From positions 1 through 55,606 of the forward strand of contig JBATFU010000345.1 in NCBI GenBank assembly GCA_049665065.1: a stretch of DNA of 55,606 nt. Direction: 5' to 3'. Within the stretch, counting starts at the first letter, position 1; every line of letters begins with the position of its first letter. The translations under genes were made by a program, and so were the position numbers. Origin of the DNA: Woeseia sp. Its GTDB lineage: Bacteria > Pseudomonadota > Gammaproteobacteria > Steroidobacterales > Woeseiaceae. Positions 1-9,325 of this stretch are shown piece by piece. The notes beneath the pieces are model-generated. The model ran no database searches and was not told the origin of the DNA. It was given only the letters and a program-made list of their open reading frames with translations.

Positions 1-404
1 AGCTCCGGTCGCAGGGCGGCCGTCAACGCCACGCACAATGCCGCGCTCGATCCCAGCCCCAGCTTGCGGCCGCTGGTGACATCAACGAAAGCAGTGGTAT
101 CGAGAGTGATATGCATTCCGCCCTTGAGCCGGACATCACAGGTTGCCCAGGTACATTCGAACAGACCGAAGTCAGCCTTTTGCGTAGCGGCATCTGCTGC
201 GATGAGTTTGCCTACAGAATTCACCTCGTAGCGCGTCGTACCAGGAGCATAGCCGGGCGCCTGAATTGCAATCTCTGCTTCGGCAGTGGGCCTGATCTCG
301 ACAACCGCGTGCCGGTCAACTGCGGCGGCTATCGCATGCGAGCCGTGTAACACGGCATACTCGCCGGCCAGCACAATTTTGCCCGGTGCAGTGGCGCGAA
401 GCAT
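1..404 (-). CDS. GHMP kinase, probably phosphomevalonate kinase (partial, runs off the left edge)
   Basis: Not in the ORF track. Manual translation from ATG 404 (or GTG 410, overlapping the mvaD stop) gives MLRATAPGKIVLAGEYAVLHG...RKLGLGSSAALCVAL, which contains the GHMP motifs PGKxxLxGEY and GLGSSAA. KxGLGSSAA favours phosphomevalonate kinase over mevalonate kinase. Confidence 0.8.
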   Translation of the reverse strand, partial: MLRATAPGKIVLAGEYAVLHGSHAIAAAVDRHAVVEIRPTAEAEIAIQAPGYAPGTTRYEVNSVGKLIAADAATQKADFGLFECTWATCDVRLKGGMHITLDTTAFVDVTSGRKLGLGSSAALCVALTAALRPE

Positions 405-406
405 CG

Positions 407-1369
407 TCACCGCGAGTCCAGCAGCCGGGCGCCGTCACCGAGCGCGCTTTGCATGACAGCGACGACACCGGCAGTGTTGCGCAGCGCGGCGACGACCGTA
501 GCCGCTGCCTGCGGCTCCGAAATAACCTTCACCTGCGGGCCGGCATCGATAGTGAAGAATGCCGGCACGCCGTCGGACTGCAGCTTGCGAACGGTTTCGA
601 GGCACGACAATGTTGCGGCATTCCAGTACACAAGCGCCGGGCGTGAAGACCACATGACTGAATGCATCTTCAGGCAGTTGTGCTCGGTTACAGCCGCGAG
701 CGCCGCAAAGTCGCGATTGGCCACCGCAGTGCGCGCACTCTCAAGATCTGCATCCTGCCGCGCGAGCCATTCCCTGTAGAACGGTGATGTTTGCCTGCTT
801 AAATTCATCGCGGGTCCCGACCCTGTTTTCTTCGCCGCAGTTTCAGTGACAGCGACCGTAACGAGCAACGGCCAGTCTCCCGGTGCGGCGATTGACGCAA
901 CGTCGATATCATCATCGCCCGTGCGCAGCTCGACGATTCCGGCGTACAGCGAGCGCGCCGCGGAACCCGACGCGTGCCCCGCACTTTGTGCCATCTGCAG
1001 CGTTGATCTGTTGATCTGCAGTGCACTGTTCGCGGCCACTACAAGTGCGGCAAAGGATGACGCGGACGACGCCAGCCCGGCTGCAATCGGAAAATTGCAT
1101 TCACTGCTGATGGCCGCAGCGGGACGCTTTCCGCCCGCCAGCTCGTCAAGGCACTGCTGCACGCGTGGCAGCATGGCGGGCGCCTCCTCGCCGTTAACGA
1201 GCAGCGTGTCGCTCTGGCCCACGCCATCGAACGAGACGCTCATGCGGGTCCACAGGCTCTCGAGCGTTACGGACAGCGAGCCTGCGGCCGGCAGATTTTT
1301 CGCAGCGTCGCGCTTGCCCCAGTATTTCACGAGGGCAATGTTCGGCTGAGCCTGGCTCGTCGCCCGCAT
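407..1369 (-). CDS. mvaD: Diphosphomevalonate decarboxylase
   Basis: Motifs NIALVKYWGK, GLASSAS, SGSAARS and FTIDAGPQVK. Start placed at ATG 1369 (the ORF track extends to TTG 1393). Confidence 0.93.
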   Translation of the reverse strand: MRATSQAQPNIALVKYWGKRDAAKNLPAAGSLSVTLESLWTRMSVSFDGVGQSDTLLVNGEEAPAMLPRVQQCLDELAGGKRPAAAISSECNFPIAAGLASSASSFAALVVAANSALQINRSTLQMAQSAGHASGSAARSLYAGIVELRTGDDDIDVASIAAPGDWPLLVTVAVTETAAKKTGSGPAMNLSRQTSPFYREWLARQDADLESARTAVANRDFAALAAVTEHNCLKMHSVMWSSRPALVYWNAATLSCLETVRKLQSDGVPAFFTIDAGPQVKVISEPQAAATVVAALRNTAGVVAVMQSALGDGARLLDSR

Positions 1370-1404
1370 GAATTTTCCGTTCGAATTGGCCAAAAGGGTG
1401 CGGG

Positions 1405-1410
1405 ATTATA
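1405..1410 (-). promoter_or_regulatory. Putative sigma70 -10 element of the mvaD operon
   Basis: Perfect TATAAT on the minus strand about 35 nt upstream of ATG 1369; no clear -35. Confidence 0.4.
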
Positions 1411-1506
1411 GCCCAGCATGGCAGGATTTCGGGCGCATGAGCAGCAACGCAATGCGGCCCTTTTCCGTGTAGGCTTTACCCCCCGATCAATCGCCATGGA
1501 GTAAAC

Positions 1507-2397
1507 GTGTCCTCGTCTTTTGCCGAGCGCATTCATCGCTATACGGAACGTATCGGCCGGCGCCTCGATGAGATCCTGCCGCCTGTCGATCAGCCACCGG
1601 AACGACTGCATGCAGCCATGCGCTACGCGGTTTTAAATGGCGGTAAACGAATCCGGCCGATGCTTGCCTATGCCAGCTGCGAGTGCCTGCAGACCCCGCC
1701 AATCACGGTGGATGCCGCCGCAACGGCGATTGAGTTGATGCACGCGTTTTCGCTGGTGCATGACGACCTGCCGGCGATGGATGATGACGACCTGCGGCGC
1801 GGCAAACCGACAGTGCATCGCCAGTTTGACGAGGCGACCGCCATTCTCGCGGCGGATGCGTTGCAGCCGCTCGCGTTCGCCGCAATATCCGACAGTGGCG
1901 CACTGACGTCGCCACAGATCGTGGAACTGACACGGCTCCTTGCCAGGGCCTGCGGCTCGCTCGGCATGACGGGAGGTCAGTCAATCGACCTGCAGTCTGA
2001 GGGCAAATCGCTGACCGTTGCAGAGCTCGAGCACATGTACCGTCTGAAAACCGGCGCCCTGATTCACGCCTCGGTCATGAGCGCGGCCTGCGCTGCGGCG
2101 GAGATCACCGAGCAGCAGTACGACAAGCTCAACCTGTTCGCCGAATCAATCGGCCTGGCCTTCCAGATACGCGACGACATTCTCGATGTTGCAGGCGAAA
2201 CCCAGGTAATTGGCAAGCCGGCCGGCTCGGATGAACGCCGCAACAAGGCAACCTACCCGGCACTGTTCGGCATGGATGCAGCCCACAGGCGCTGCGATGA
2301 GTTGCTGCAAACAGGCCTTGCGAGCCTCGATGTCTTTGGCAAGGATGCTGAACCATTGCGCTGGATCGCGCACTATATCGTCGACCGAAAAAAATGA
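1507..2397 (+). CDS. ispA: Farnesyl/geranylgeranyl diphosphate synthase
   Basis: GGKRIRP, first Asp-rich motif DDLPAMDDDDLRRGKP, second motif FQIRDDILD, and KATYP. GTG start with GGAG upstream. Confidence 0.93.
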   Translation: MSSSFAERIHRYTERIGRRLDEILPPVDQPPERLHAAMRYAVLNGGKRIRPMLAYASCECLQTPPITVDAAATAIELMHAFSLVHDDLPAMDDDDLRRGKPTVHRQFDEATAILAADALQPLAFAAISDSGALTSPQIVELTRLLARACGSLGMTGGQSIDLQSEGKSLTVAELEHMYRLKTGALIHASVMSAACAAAEITEQQYDKLNLFAESIGLAFQIRDDILDVAGETQVIGKPAGSDERRNKATYPALFGMDAAHRRCDELLQTGLASLDVFGKDAEPLRWIAHYIVDRKK

Positions 2398-3575
2398 CGG
2401 TCGCGCGGCGCCACATCCTGCACGTCGACATGGACGCCTTTTATGCGTCGGTCGAACAGCGCGATGACCCGGCCTTGCGCGGCAAACCGCTCGTTGTCGG
2501 CGGCGGCGGCAATCGTGGCGTCGTGGCGGCAGCCAGTTACGAAGCACGACGATTCGGTGTGCGTTCGGCAATGCCGATGCGCGAAGCGCGCCGACGTTGC
2601 CCGGATCTCGTGCAGGTGCCGGTGCGAATGGCGCATTACAAAGCCGTGTCGGACGAAGTGTTTGCGGTGTTTCGCGAGTTCACGCCGCTTGTTGAGGGGT
2701 TATCCCTCGACGAAGCTTTTCTCGATGCCACGGGCAGTATTGCGCTGTTTGGATCCGCAGTAGACATCGCCGCTGCAATAAAGCAGGAGATCCTTGCGCG
2801 TACCGGCCTGACCGCGTCGGTTGGCGTAGCGCCGAACAAACTCGTCGCGAAGATTGCCTCGGACCTTGAGAAACCCGATGGCCTTGTCGTTGTCGAGCCG
2901 GACAATGTCATACCAACGCTCGACCCGTTGCCGGTCCAGGTCATCCCGGGAATCGGCAGGCAAACGCTCGAGAAGCTGCACAAGCTGAGTATTCGCACGA
3001 TCGCGGATCTGCGGCTCGCGCCGGCACGCGACCTCGAACGGCTGTTCGGCCGTTTCGCCGAACGGACGCGCGAGCGCGCTGCCGGTATCGACAATCGGCC
3101 GGTTGTCAGCGAGCGCGCCAGCAAATCGATCAGTGCCGAGGAGACCTTTCACACCGACCTCGTCGATCCGCGGCAAATCCAGCGCGAACTGTTGCGCCTG
3201 ACGGAGCGCACGGCAGCACGTTTACGCGCCAAGCAGCTACACGCCGGCACACTGCAGCTGAAGATACGTCAGGCGGACTTTGTGACCTTCAGCCGCCAGC
3301 GCAGTCTGCATCCGCCCAGCGACGATACGTCGACGCTGCACGCCGTGGCTCGCGAATTGCTGCAAATCTGGCAGCAGGAGCACGCCGGCACGGCGATTCG
3401 CCTGCTTGGCGTCGGGGCCAGCGAGCTTGATAGCGTCACGCAGGGCGATTTGTTCGCGGCACCCGCGGAGCAGGAGCGCTCATCGCTCGATGCAACGGTC
3501 GATAAAATCCGCGAGCGCTTCGGCTCTGTCGCAGTCGGCCGTGCGCGGACCTTCGACGACGGCCAAATCGGGTAG
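2394..3575 (+). CDS. dinB: DNA polymerase IV (Y family)
   Basis: HVDMDAFYASVE, ASYEAR and SLDEAFLD motifs; ATGA overlap with ispA. Confidence 0.95.
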   Translation: MTVARRHILHVDMDAFYASVEQRDDPALRGKPLVVGGGGNRGVVAAASYEARRFGVRSAMPMREARRRCPDLVQVPVRMAHYKAVSDEVFAVFREFTPLVEGLSLDEAFLDATGSIALFGSAVDIAAAIKQEILARTGLTASVGVAPNKLVAKIASDLEKPDGLVVVEPDNVIPTLDPLPVQVIPGIGRQTLEKLHKLSIRTIADLRLAPARDLERLFGRFAERTRERAAGIDNRPVVSERASKSISAEETFHTDLVDPRQIQRELLRLTERTAARLRAKQLHAGTLQLKIRQADFVTFSRQRSLHPPSDDTSTLHAVARELLQIWQQEHAGTAIRLLGVGASELDSVTQGDLFAAPAEQERSSLDATVDKIRERFGSVAVGRARTFDDGQIG

Positions 3576-3616
3576 AATCGGCGATTCTGTCGGCAACGAC
3601 GGCAAGCCAGCGACCC

Positions 3617-5329
3617 ATGTACACCGCATTCTTCGGCCTGAACGAAAAGCCCTTCGCGATCACACCCGATCCGCGTTACCTGTTCATGAGCGCGCGGCAT
3701 GGCGAGGGGCTTGCCCATCTCGTCTACGGCGTCACCGAAAGCGGCGGCTTTATTCAGCTAACCGGCGAAGTCGGTACCGGCAAAACGACGCTGGTGCGCA
3801 CGCTGCTCGGGCAAATGCCGAACGAGGTCAATGTCGCGCTGGTGCTGAATCCACAGCTCACCGCTCTAGAATTCCTGCTGGCCATTTGCGAGGAACTCGG
3901 CGTGCCGTTGCCGGCAGACCGGGGCAGCAGCAAGGCGCTGGTCGATGCCCTGAACAAGCACCTGCTTGAAACGCATGCGAACGGCCGCCGCACGATACTG
4001 CTCGTCGATGAAGCGCAGAACCTGTCTGAAGACGTGCTCGAGCAGGTGCGCCTGCTGACCAACCTGGAGACGGCCAAGCAAAAACTGCTGCAGATCATCC
4101 TGATCGGCCAGGAAGAGTTGCGCGAGCTGCTGGCACAGAACAATTTGCGGCAGCTGGCACAGCGTGTGACCGGTCGTTACCACCTCGAGCCGCTGTCGCG
4201 TGACGAGATGATCAAATACATCGATCATCGATTGCGCGTTGCCGGCGCGCTGAGCGAAATTTTCGAACCGTCCGCAAAACGTGCGGTGTACCAATTGTCG
4301 GGCGGCATCCCGCGCCTCGCGAACGTCATTTGCGATCGCGCGCTGCTGGGCGCCTACAGCGCCGAAAGCCGTGTAGTCACGAGCGCGATCGTCAGGCGTG
4401 CCGCCAAAGAAATATCCGGCGAGGAATTGCCGCGACGCTCCTGGGGCTGGCCGGCAGCAGCTGCGGCGGCAGTGGTTCTGGCGATTGCCGGCACCTGGTT
4501 TGTTGCGCGCTACGTGGTGCAGCCACCGGGCGTTGCGGTCGCCGCCCTGCCCGCTGCCAGCGTCGCCACGGTTGCCGGGAATGCAGAGAACGTGGTGTCG
4601 TTTGAACCTGGCGCCGCCAATGCCGCTGCGGCCGAAGCGCCGCAACAGCCGGTCGTCGACACTTCACCGGAGCCCCTGCAGGCAGACGTCGCGGAGGTCT
4701 TGACCCCGTCACTGGCAGAAGCCCTGCGTGCATCGCCGGCGTCGCTCGAAACCGCAATGCGTGAGTTATTCGGCCTCTGGCAGCTCGACTACGAGGCCGC
4801 TGCCGGAACAGCCTGCAGCCAGGCAGAGAAGCAGGGCCTGACCTGCCTGTTCCAGCGTGGCACCTGGAACGTGCTGGAGCAGCTCAACCATCCGGCTGTG
4901 TTGACGCTCGTCGATGAGAGCGGCGGCAACCACTACCCGGTAGTCATCAGGGTTGACGGCGATCGGGCCGAACTCGCCATTGACGACACGCGGCAATGGT
5001 TTCCGGTTTCAGAGATCAGCGAACTCTGGTTTGGCCAGTACCTGCTGCTGTGGCAGCCACCGAACGGGCAGCTCGTCACCTTGCAGCCCGGCTCGCGGGG
5101 CGTTGCCGTTGCCTGGCTGAGATCAAGCCTTGCCGCGATCGATACCGACTACGCGAGCAGCAGCGACACGCCAGAGTTGTTCGACCCGGGCCTCGAGACG
5201 GCGCTGAAAAACTTTCAGCGGCGCAATCGCCTGCAGGTCGATGGCGTTGCCGGCCAGCAAACGCAAATCCTGATCAATTCACTGCTCGCGGACGAGAATA
5301 CGCCACTGCTTGCGGTACTTTCGCAGTGA
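3617..5329 (+). CDS. exeA: ExeA/GspA AAA ATPase with C-terminal peptidoglycan-binding domain
   Basis: N-terminal MYTAFFGLNEKPFAITPDP, Walker A GEVGTGKT, Walker B LLVDEAQ, one TM segment, and C-terminal FQRRNRLQVDGVAG. Confidence 0.9.
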   Translation: MYTAFFGLNEKPFAITPDPRYLFMSARHGEGLAHLVYGVTESGGFIQLTGEVGTGKTTLVRTLLGQMPNEVNVALVLNPQLTALEFLLAICEELGVPLPADRGSSKALVDALNKHLLETHANGRRTILLVDEAQNLSEDVLEQVRLLTNLETAKQKLLQIILIGQEELRELLAQNNLRQLAQRVTGRYHLEPLSRDEMIKYIDHRLRVAGALSEIFEPSAKRAVYQLSGGIPRLANVICDRALLGAYSAESRVVTSAIVRRAAKEISGEELPRRSWGWPAAAAAAVVLAIAGTWFVARYVVQPPGVAVAALPAASVATVAGNAENVVSFEPGAANAAAAEAPQQPVVDTSPEPLQADVAEVLTPSLAEALRASPASLETAMRELFGLWQLDYEAAAGTACSQAEKQGLTCLFQRGTWNVLEQLNHPAVLTLVDESGGNHYPVVIRVDGDRAELAIDDTRQWFPVSEISELWFGQYLLLWQPPNGQLVTLQPGSRGVAVAWLRSSLAAIDTDYASSSDTPELFDPGLETALKNFQRRNRLQVDGVAGQQTQILINSLLADENTPLLAVLSQ

Positions 5330-5362
5330 TATGCTGACGCGCGACCGACGCCGGAATCCCTG

Positions 5363-6022
5363 ATGTCCTATATTCTCGATGCCCTGAAAAAATCCGAGTC
5401 TGAACGGCAGCGCCAGGACGCGCCGGGCTTTGCCCATGTGCCGTTGCAGGCTGCACGGCGCGGCACGCCGACCTGGATCTGGCTGATTGGGGGACTGCTG
5501 TTGGTCAACGCGGTCGTGCTCGGTGGCTTTCTGCTGCGCGGCTCAGCTGCAGGGCCGGGCGCTGTGCAGACGGTAGCCATCCCGCAGCCGCAACAAGCAC
5601 CTGCAAGACTTGCGCCGCGAGCAAACAATCCCGCGCCGCTTATCGATACGCCCGCGACTGCAGGCATGGCGACAGTTGAAGAAGCGACGCAAAGACTGCC
5701 GCCACCGGTACGCGCGCCGGTCCGGACTACCACGGCGCCACCGGCCGCAACGCAGCGCACCGTTGAGGCAGCCCCATCGACGAGCGGTATCGCCCTGCCC
5801 TCACTGCTCGAGCTCAGCGCCAACGGCACCGTGCAACTGCCGGAACTGCACCTCGACGTGCACGTCTTCAGCGCGGTGCCGGCCGATCGCTTTGTGTTCA
5901 TCAATATGAGCAAGTACCGCGAGGCGGCGCGGCTTGCCGACGGCCCGCTCGTCAAGGAGATCGTGCCGGAAGGCGTGATCCTCGAGTACGAAGGCAACAC
6001 GTTCCTGTTGCCACGCGATTAA
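5363..6022 (+). CDS. exeB: ExeB/GspB type II secretion assembly factor
   Basis: MSYILDALKKSESER N-terminus, TM segment, Pro/Ala-rich linker, C-terminal HVFS...RFVFIN...I.PEGVIL; directly follows exeA. Confidence 0.85.
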   Translation: MSYILDALKKSESERQRQDAPGFAHVPLQAARRGTPTWIWLIGGLLLVNAVVLGGFLLRGSAAGPGAVQTVAIPQPQQAPARLAPRANNPAPLIDTPATAGMATVEEATQRLPPPVRAPVRTTTAPPAATQRTVEAAPSTSGIALPSLLELSANGTVQLPELHLDVHVFSAVPADRFVFINMSKYREAARLADGPLVKEIVPEGVILEYEGNTFLLPRD

Positions 6023-6034
6023 GCTGCGATTCCC

Positions 6035-7870
6035 GTGGCGACGGCATCAATCAAACATCTCGGCGGCGATAAATTCGCGCAGGCGCTGCGCTCCGGCATC
6101 CATCGTGTCATCGGCGCGCAGGAATCGCTGAACGCAATCAATGTGTTCCCGGTTGCTGATGGTGACACCGGCACCAACCTGAGCCTGTCGCTCGGCGCGG
6201 CGCTGGGGACGTTACAGGGCGCGACGGGCAAGCGCCTGAGCACCTTGCTGGCTGCACTCGCCGATGTGCTGCTCGACAGCGCGCGCGGCAACTCCGGGGC
6301 CATAGTGGCGCAGTTTTTCCAGGGACTGAGCGATGCCGGAGAGCAGCTCGGCCGCTTCACGACCCACACGTTTGCGCAGGCAGTAGCGCAGGGCAGTGAC
6401 TACGCACGCGACGCTTTGTCGAATCCGCGTGAAGGCACGATTCTGTCAGTGATCAGCGCATTCTCGATGAGCCTGCAGCGCCAGACCGCAACCGAACAGG
6501 TTGATGAGTTCTCTACTTTGCTGACCAACGGCGTTATCGACTGCCGCGAAGCGCTGAAAAAAACCCAGTCGCAGCTTGACGAGCTGAAGAAAGCGGGCGT
6601 CGTGGATGCTGGCGCCAAAGGGTTTCTCGAGATGATCGAGGGCATGCGCGACTACATTGCCGAAGGCAAGGCAACCGCGATGCCGGAGCATGTAAACCTC
6701 GATCACGTCATACCGGACATGCCGCTGACTTCAGACGAGGATCCGCAGTTCCGCTTCTGCACCGAGTGTATTGTCACGGGCTCCAGTATCGACCGCCGCA
6801 AACTGCGCGAAGCGCTGGCAGCGCTCGGCGATTCACTGGTACTTGCAGGCACCAAAAAGAAAGCGAAGATTCATATTCACGTAAACGAACCGGAGCAGGT
6901 ATTCGAGGCGGCGCGACGCTATGGCAGTTTGAGCGGCGAGAAAGCCGACGACATGCTGCGCCAGCAACACAGCTCCCACGACACGGCAGCGCGCTTTGCC
7001 GTCATAACGGATTCCGCTGCGGATATTGACGATGCCGACCTCGAGCGCCTCGACATCCACATGGTGCCATTGCGCGTGCAGTTCGGAGACCGGGGCTACC
7101 TGGACAAGGTGAGTATTTCGGCAGAAGAGTTTTTCAAGGAACTTGAGACAAACCCGCTGCACCCGACAACTTCGCAGCCGTCGCCGGGCGATTTCCGCCG
7201 GCAGTTCCAGTTTCTTGCCAGCCATTTTAATGACGTACTGTCCATCAACGTAACCGGGCGCGTCAGCGGCACGTTGCAGGCGGCCCAGTCCGCCGCAGAG
7301 CGCATCGATGCAGGCGGCAAGGTGCATGTCGTTAATTCCCTGAACGCGTCGCTTGGCCAGGGATTGATCACGGTGTTCGCCGCCGAGTGCGCGGCTGCCG
7401 GACTCTCCATAGAGTCGACCTTGAAGGCGGTTGACGACGCGATCAGCAAGACCTACACCTTTGGGCTGGTAAAGGACCTGCGCTACGGCGTGCGCGGCGG
7501 CAGGGTACCGGCGTCGCGCAAGGTCATTGCCGACATGCTGCGACTCACACCGGTCTTGCGGACCGAGCCGGACGGCCGTATTTCGGCGGGGGGCGTCCTG
7601 TTTGGCCGCAGCAAGCTGTTGCCGCGCTTTACCCGCTACATTTCGTCACGTATCGACCGGCAGCGGAACTGGCGGGTAGCCATTGGCCATGCGGTCTGCG
7701 CCGATGAGGCGAAAACACTGGAGAAAATGCTGCTGGCACGCATACCGTCGATCAGTCGCTCGAGCGTGACGGAACTCGGTGCTGCGCTGGGTGCCCACAG
7801 CGGGCCGGGCGCAATCGTCGTGGCGTTCCAGGAATTCAGGAATCCCGAGCAGTACCGCGACTCCGCCTGA
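6035..7870 (+). CDS. DAK2-DegV fusion (FakA-FakB fatty acid kinase-like)
   Basis: DAK2 motifs NVFPVADGDTGTN, ARGNSG, EGTIL and VVDAGA; a C-T-E/HIH zinc-site region; DegV motifs ITDSAAD, TSQPSPG, SGT and HSGPG. Confidence 0.85.
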   Translation: MATASIKHLGGDKFAQALRSGIHRVIGAQESLNAINVFPVADGDTGTNLSLSLGAALGTLQGATGKRLSTLLAALADVLLDSARGNSGAIVAQFFQGLSDAGEQLGRFTTHTFAQAVAQGSDYARDALSNPREGTILSVISAFSMSLQRQTATEQVDEFSTLLTNGVIDCREALKKTQSQLDELKKAGVVDAGAKGFLEMIEGMRDYIAEGKATAMPEHVNLDHVIPDMPLTSDEDPQFRFCTECIVTGSSIDRRKLREALAALGDSLVLAGTKKKAKIHIHVNEPEQVFEAARRYGSLSGEKADDMLRQQHSSHDTAARFAVITDSAADIDDADLERLDIHMVPLRVQFGDRGYLDKVSISAEEFFKELETNPLHPTTSQPSPGDFRRQFQFLASHFNDVLSINVTGRVSGTLQAAQSAAERIDAGGKVHVVNSLNASLGQGLITVFAAECAAAGLSIESTLKAVDDAISKTYTFGLVKDLRYGVRGGRVPASRKVIADMLRLTPVLRTEPDGRISAGGVLFGRSKLLPRFTRYISSRIDRQRNWRVAIGHAVCADEAKTLEKMLLARIPSISRSSVTELGAALGAHSGPGAIVVAFQEFRNPEQYRDSA

Positions 7871-7872
7871 GG

Positions 7873-8547
7873 TCAGGCCTCGCGCAATTCTTCACCCGCA
7901 GGATCGATCAATTCCGCGCCTTCGTTGCGCGCATTGTTAACAGTCCGCGCAACCGGCCATGCCCGCATTTTCGGCGTAATCGCGGCAACGTCCTGCAAGG
8001 TTTCGTCGCCACCCGCGAGCCAGACAGATGCCGTTTCACTCTGCAGGATGACCGGCATGCGATGGTGCAGTGTCTCCATGAAGGCGCTGGCGGCAGAAGT
8101 GATGATCGTGCCGGTTTGCATCGATTCATCAGACTCCTTGTCCTGCCAGGTCTCCCAGAGTCCGGCGAATGCGAAGGGCTTGCCGTCCGCGGGGCTGATG
8201 AACCAGGGCGTCTTGGTGCCGGCCTCCGTATGCCATTCGTAGAAACCATCCGCGAGTATCAGGCAGCGGCGCTTCTTGTATGCGCTGCGGAACGATGGTT
8301 TTTCCGCCACCGTTTCGGCGCGGGCATTAATCATGCGATTGCCGATAGACGGGTCTTTCGCCCAGAAAGGCACCAGACCCCAGCGCAGCATTGTCAGCTC
8401 ACGACTGCCTTTCTCATTGTTGCGAACTGCGGCGATGTATTGAGTCGGTGCGATGTTGTAACGCGGCTCGACCGGCGGTGGGTTGTCGACGCCAAACAGT
8501 GCAGCGGTTGCTTCGCTCGGGGAATAAAACGCGAATCGCCCGCACAC
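7873..8547 (-). CDS. SOS response-associated peptidase (SRAP, YedK/HMCES family)
   Basis: MCGRF N-terminus with catalytic Cys2, RYNIAPTQ, INARAET, GFYEW and HHRMP. Confidence 0.92.
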   Translation of the reverse strand: MCGRFAFYSPSEATAALFGVDNPPPVEPRYNIAPTQYIAAVRNNEKGSRELTMLRWGLVPFWAKDPSIGNRMINARAETVAEKPSFRSAYKKRRCLILADGFYEWHTEAGTKTPWFISPADGKPFAFAGLWETWQDKESDESMQTGTIITSAASAFMETLHHRMPVILQSETASVWLAGGDETLQDVAAITPKMRAWPVARTVNNARNEGAELIDPAGEELREA

Positions 8548-8551
8548 TGCC

Positions 8552-9325
8552 CTATTCCCGGATACCGACGCCGCGGTTCATCAGGATCATGCAGGCACTG
8601 AACAACAGTACGACGAAGAAGATAACGAGCAGGTAGGCGTGGCCGATGCTGATGTCCGAGGTGCCGAGGATGCCGTAGCGGAAGGCATTGACCATGTAGA
8701 GAATCGGATTGGCCAGCGAAAGCTTCTGCCAGAATTCGGGCAGCAGTGAGATCGAATAGAACACGCCGCCGAGGTAGGTCAGTGGCGTCAGTACAAACGT
8801 CGGAATGATCGATATGTCATCGAACTTGCGAGCAAACATGGCGTTGATGAATCCGGCGAGCGCGAAGACGGTGGACGCGAGCAGGACCATCGACAGCGTA
8901 ATCAGCGGATGTTCGACTTTCAGGCTGGTAAAGCCCAGTGCGATGACGGTAACCAGCGACCCCACGAGCAGGCCACGAATTACGCCGCCGGCTACGTGGC
9001 CGATAATGATGGTCGCGTTCGACATTGGCGAAACCAGCATTTCTTCAACGTGCCTGCCAAATTTTGCACCGAAAAAAGACGACACGACGTTGCCGTAGGA
9101 GTTGGTGATCACCGACATCATGATCAGGCCTGGCGCGATGTACTGCATGTAGTCGAAGCCGTCCATCTCGCCGATACGACGGCCGATCAGGTTACCGAAA
9201 ATAATGAAGTAGAGGGTCATCGTGATGGCGGGCGGCACGATCGTCTGCACCCAGATCCGCAAGACGCGCACGATCTCCTTGCGCACGATGGTCTTCATCG
9301 CTACCCAGTTCAGTCCGACATTCAT
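8552..9325 (-). CDS. yadH: ABC-2 permease, YadH-like
   Basis: RIWVQTIVPP, PGLIMMSVITNSY and TPLTYLGGVFYS; six TM segments. Confidence 0.85.
   Translation of the reverse strand: MNVGLNWVAMKTIVRKEIVRVLRIWVQTIVPPAITMTLYFIIFGNLIGRRIGEMDGFDYMQYIAPGLIMMSVITNSYGNVVSSFFGAKFGRHVEEMLVSPMSNATIIIGHVAGGVIRGLLVGSLVTVIALGFTSLKVEHPLITLSMVLLASTVFALAGFINAMFARKFDDISIIPTFVLTPLTYLGGVFYSISLLPEFWQKLSLANPILYMVNAFRYGILGTSDISIGHAYLLVIFFVVLLFSACMILMNRGVGIRE

Noticed and set aside
3617..6022. exeA-exeB without the rest of a type II secretion cluster
   Set aside because: exeAB is commonly unlinked from the main T2SS operon (e.g. Aeromonas, Vibrio).
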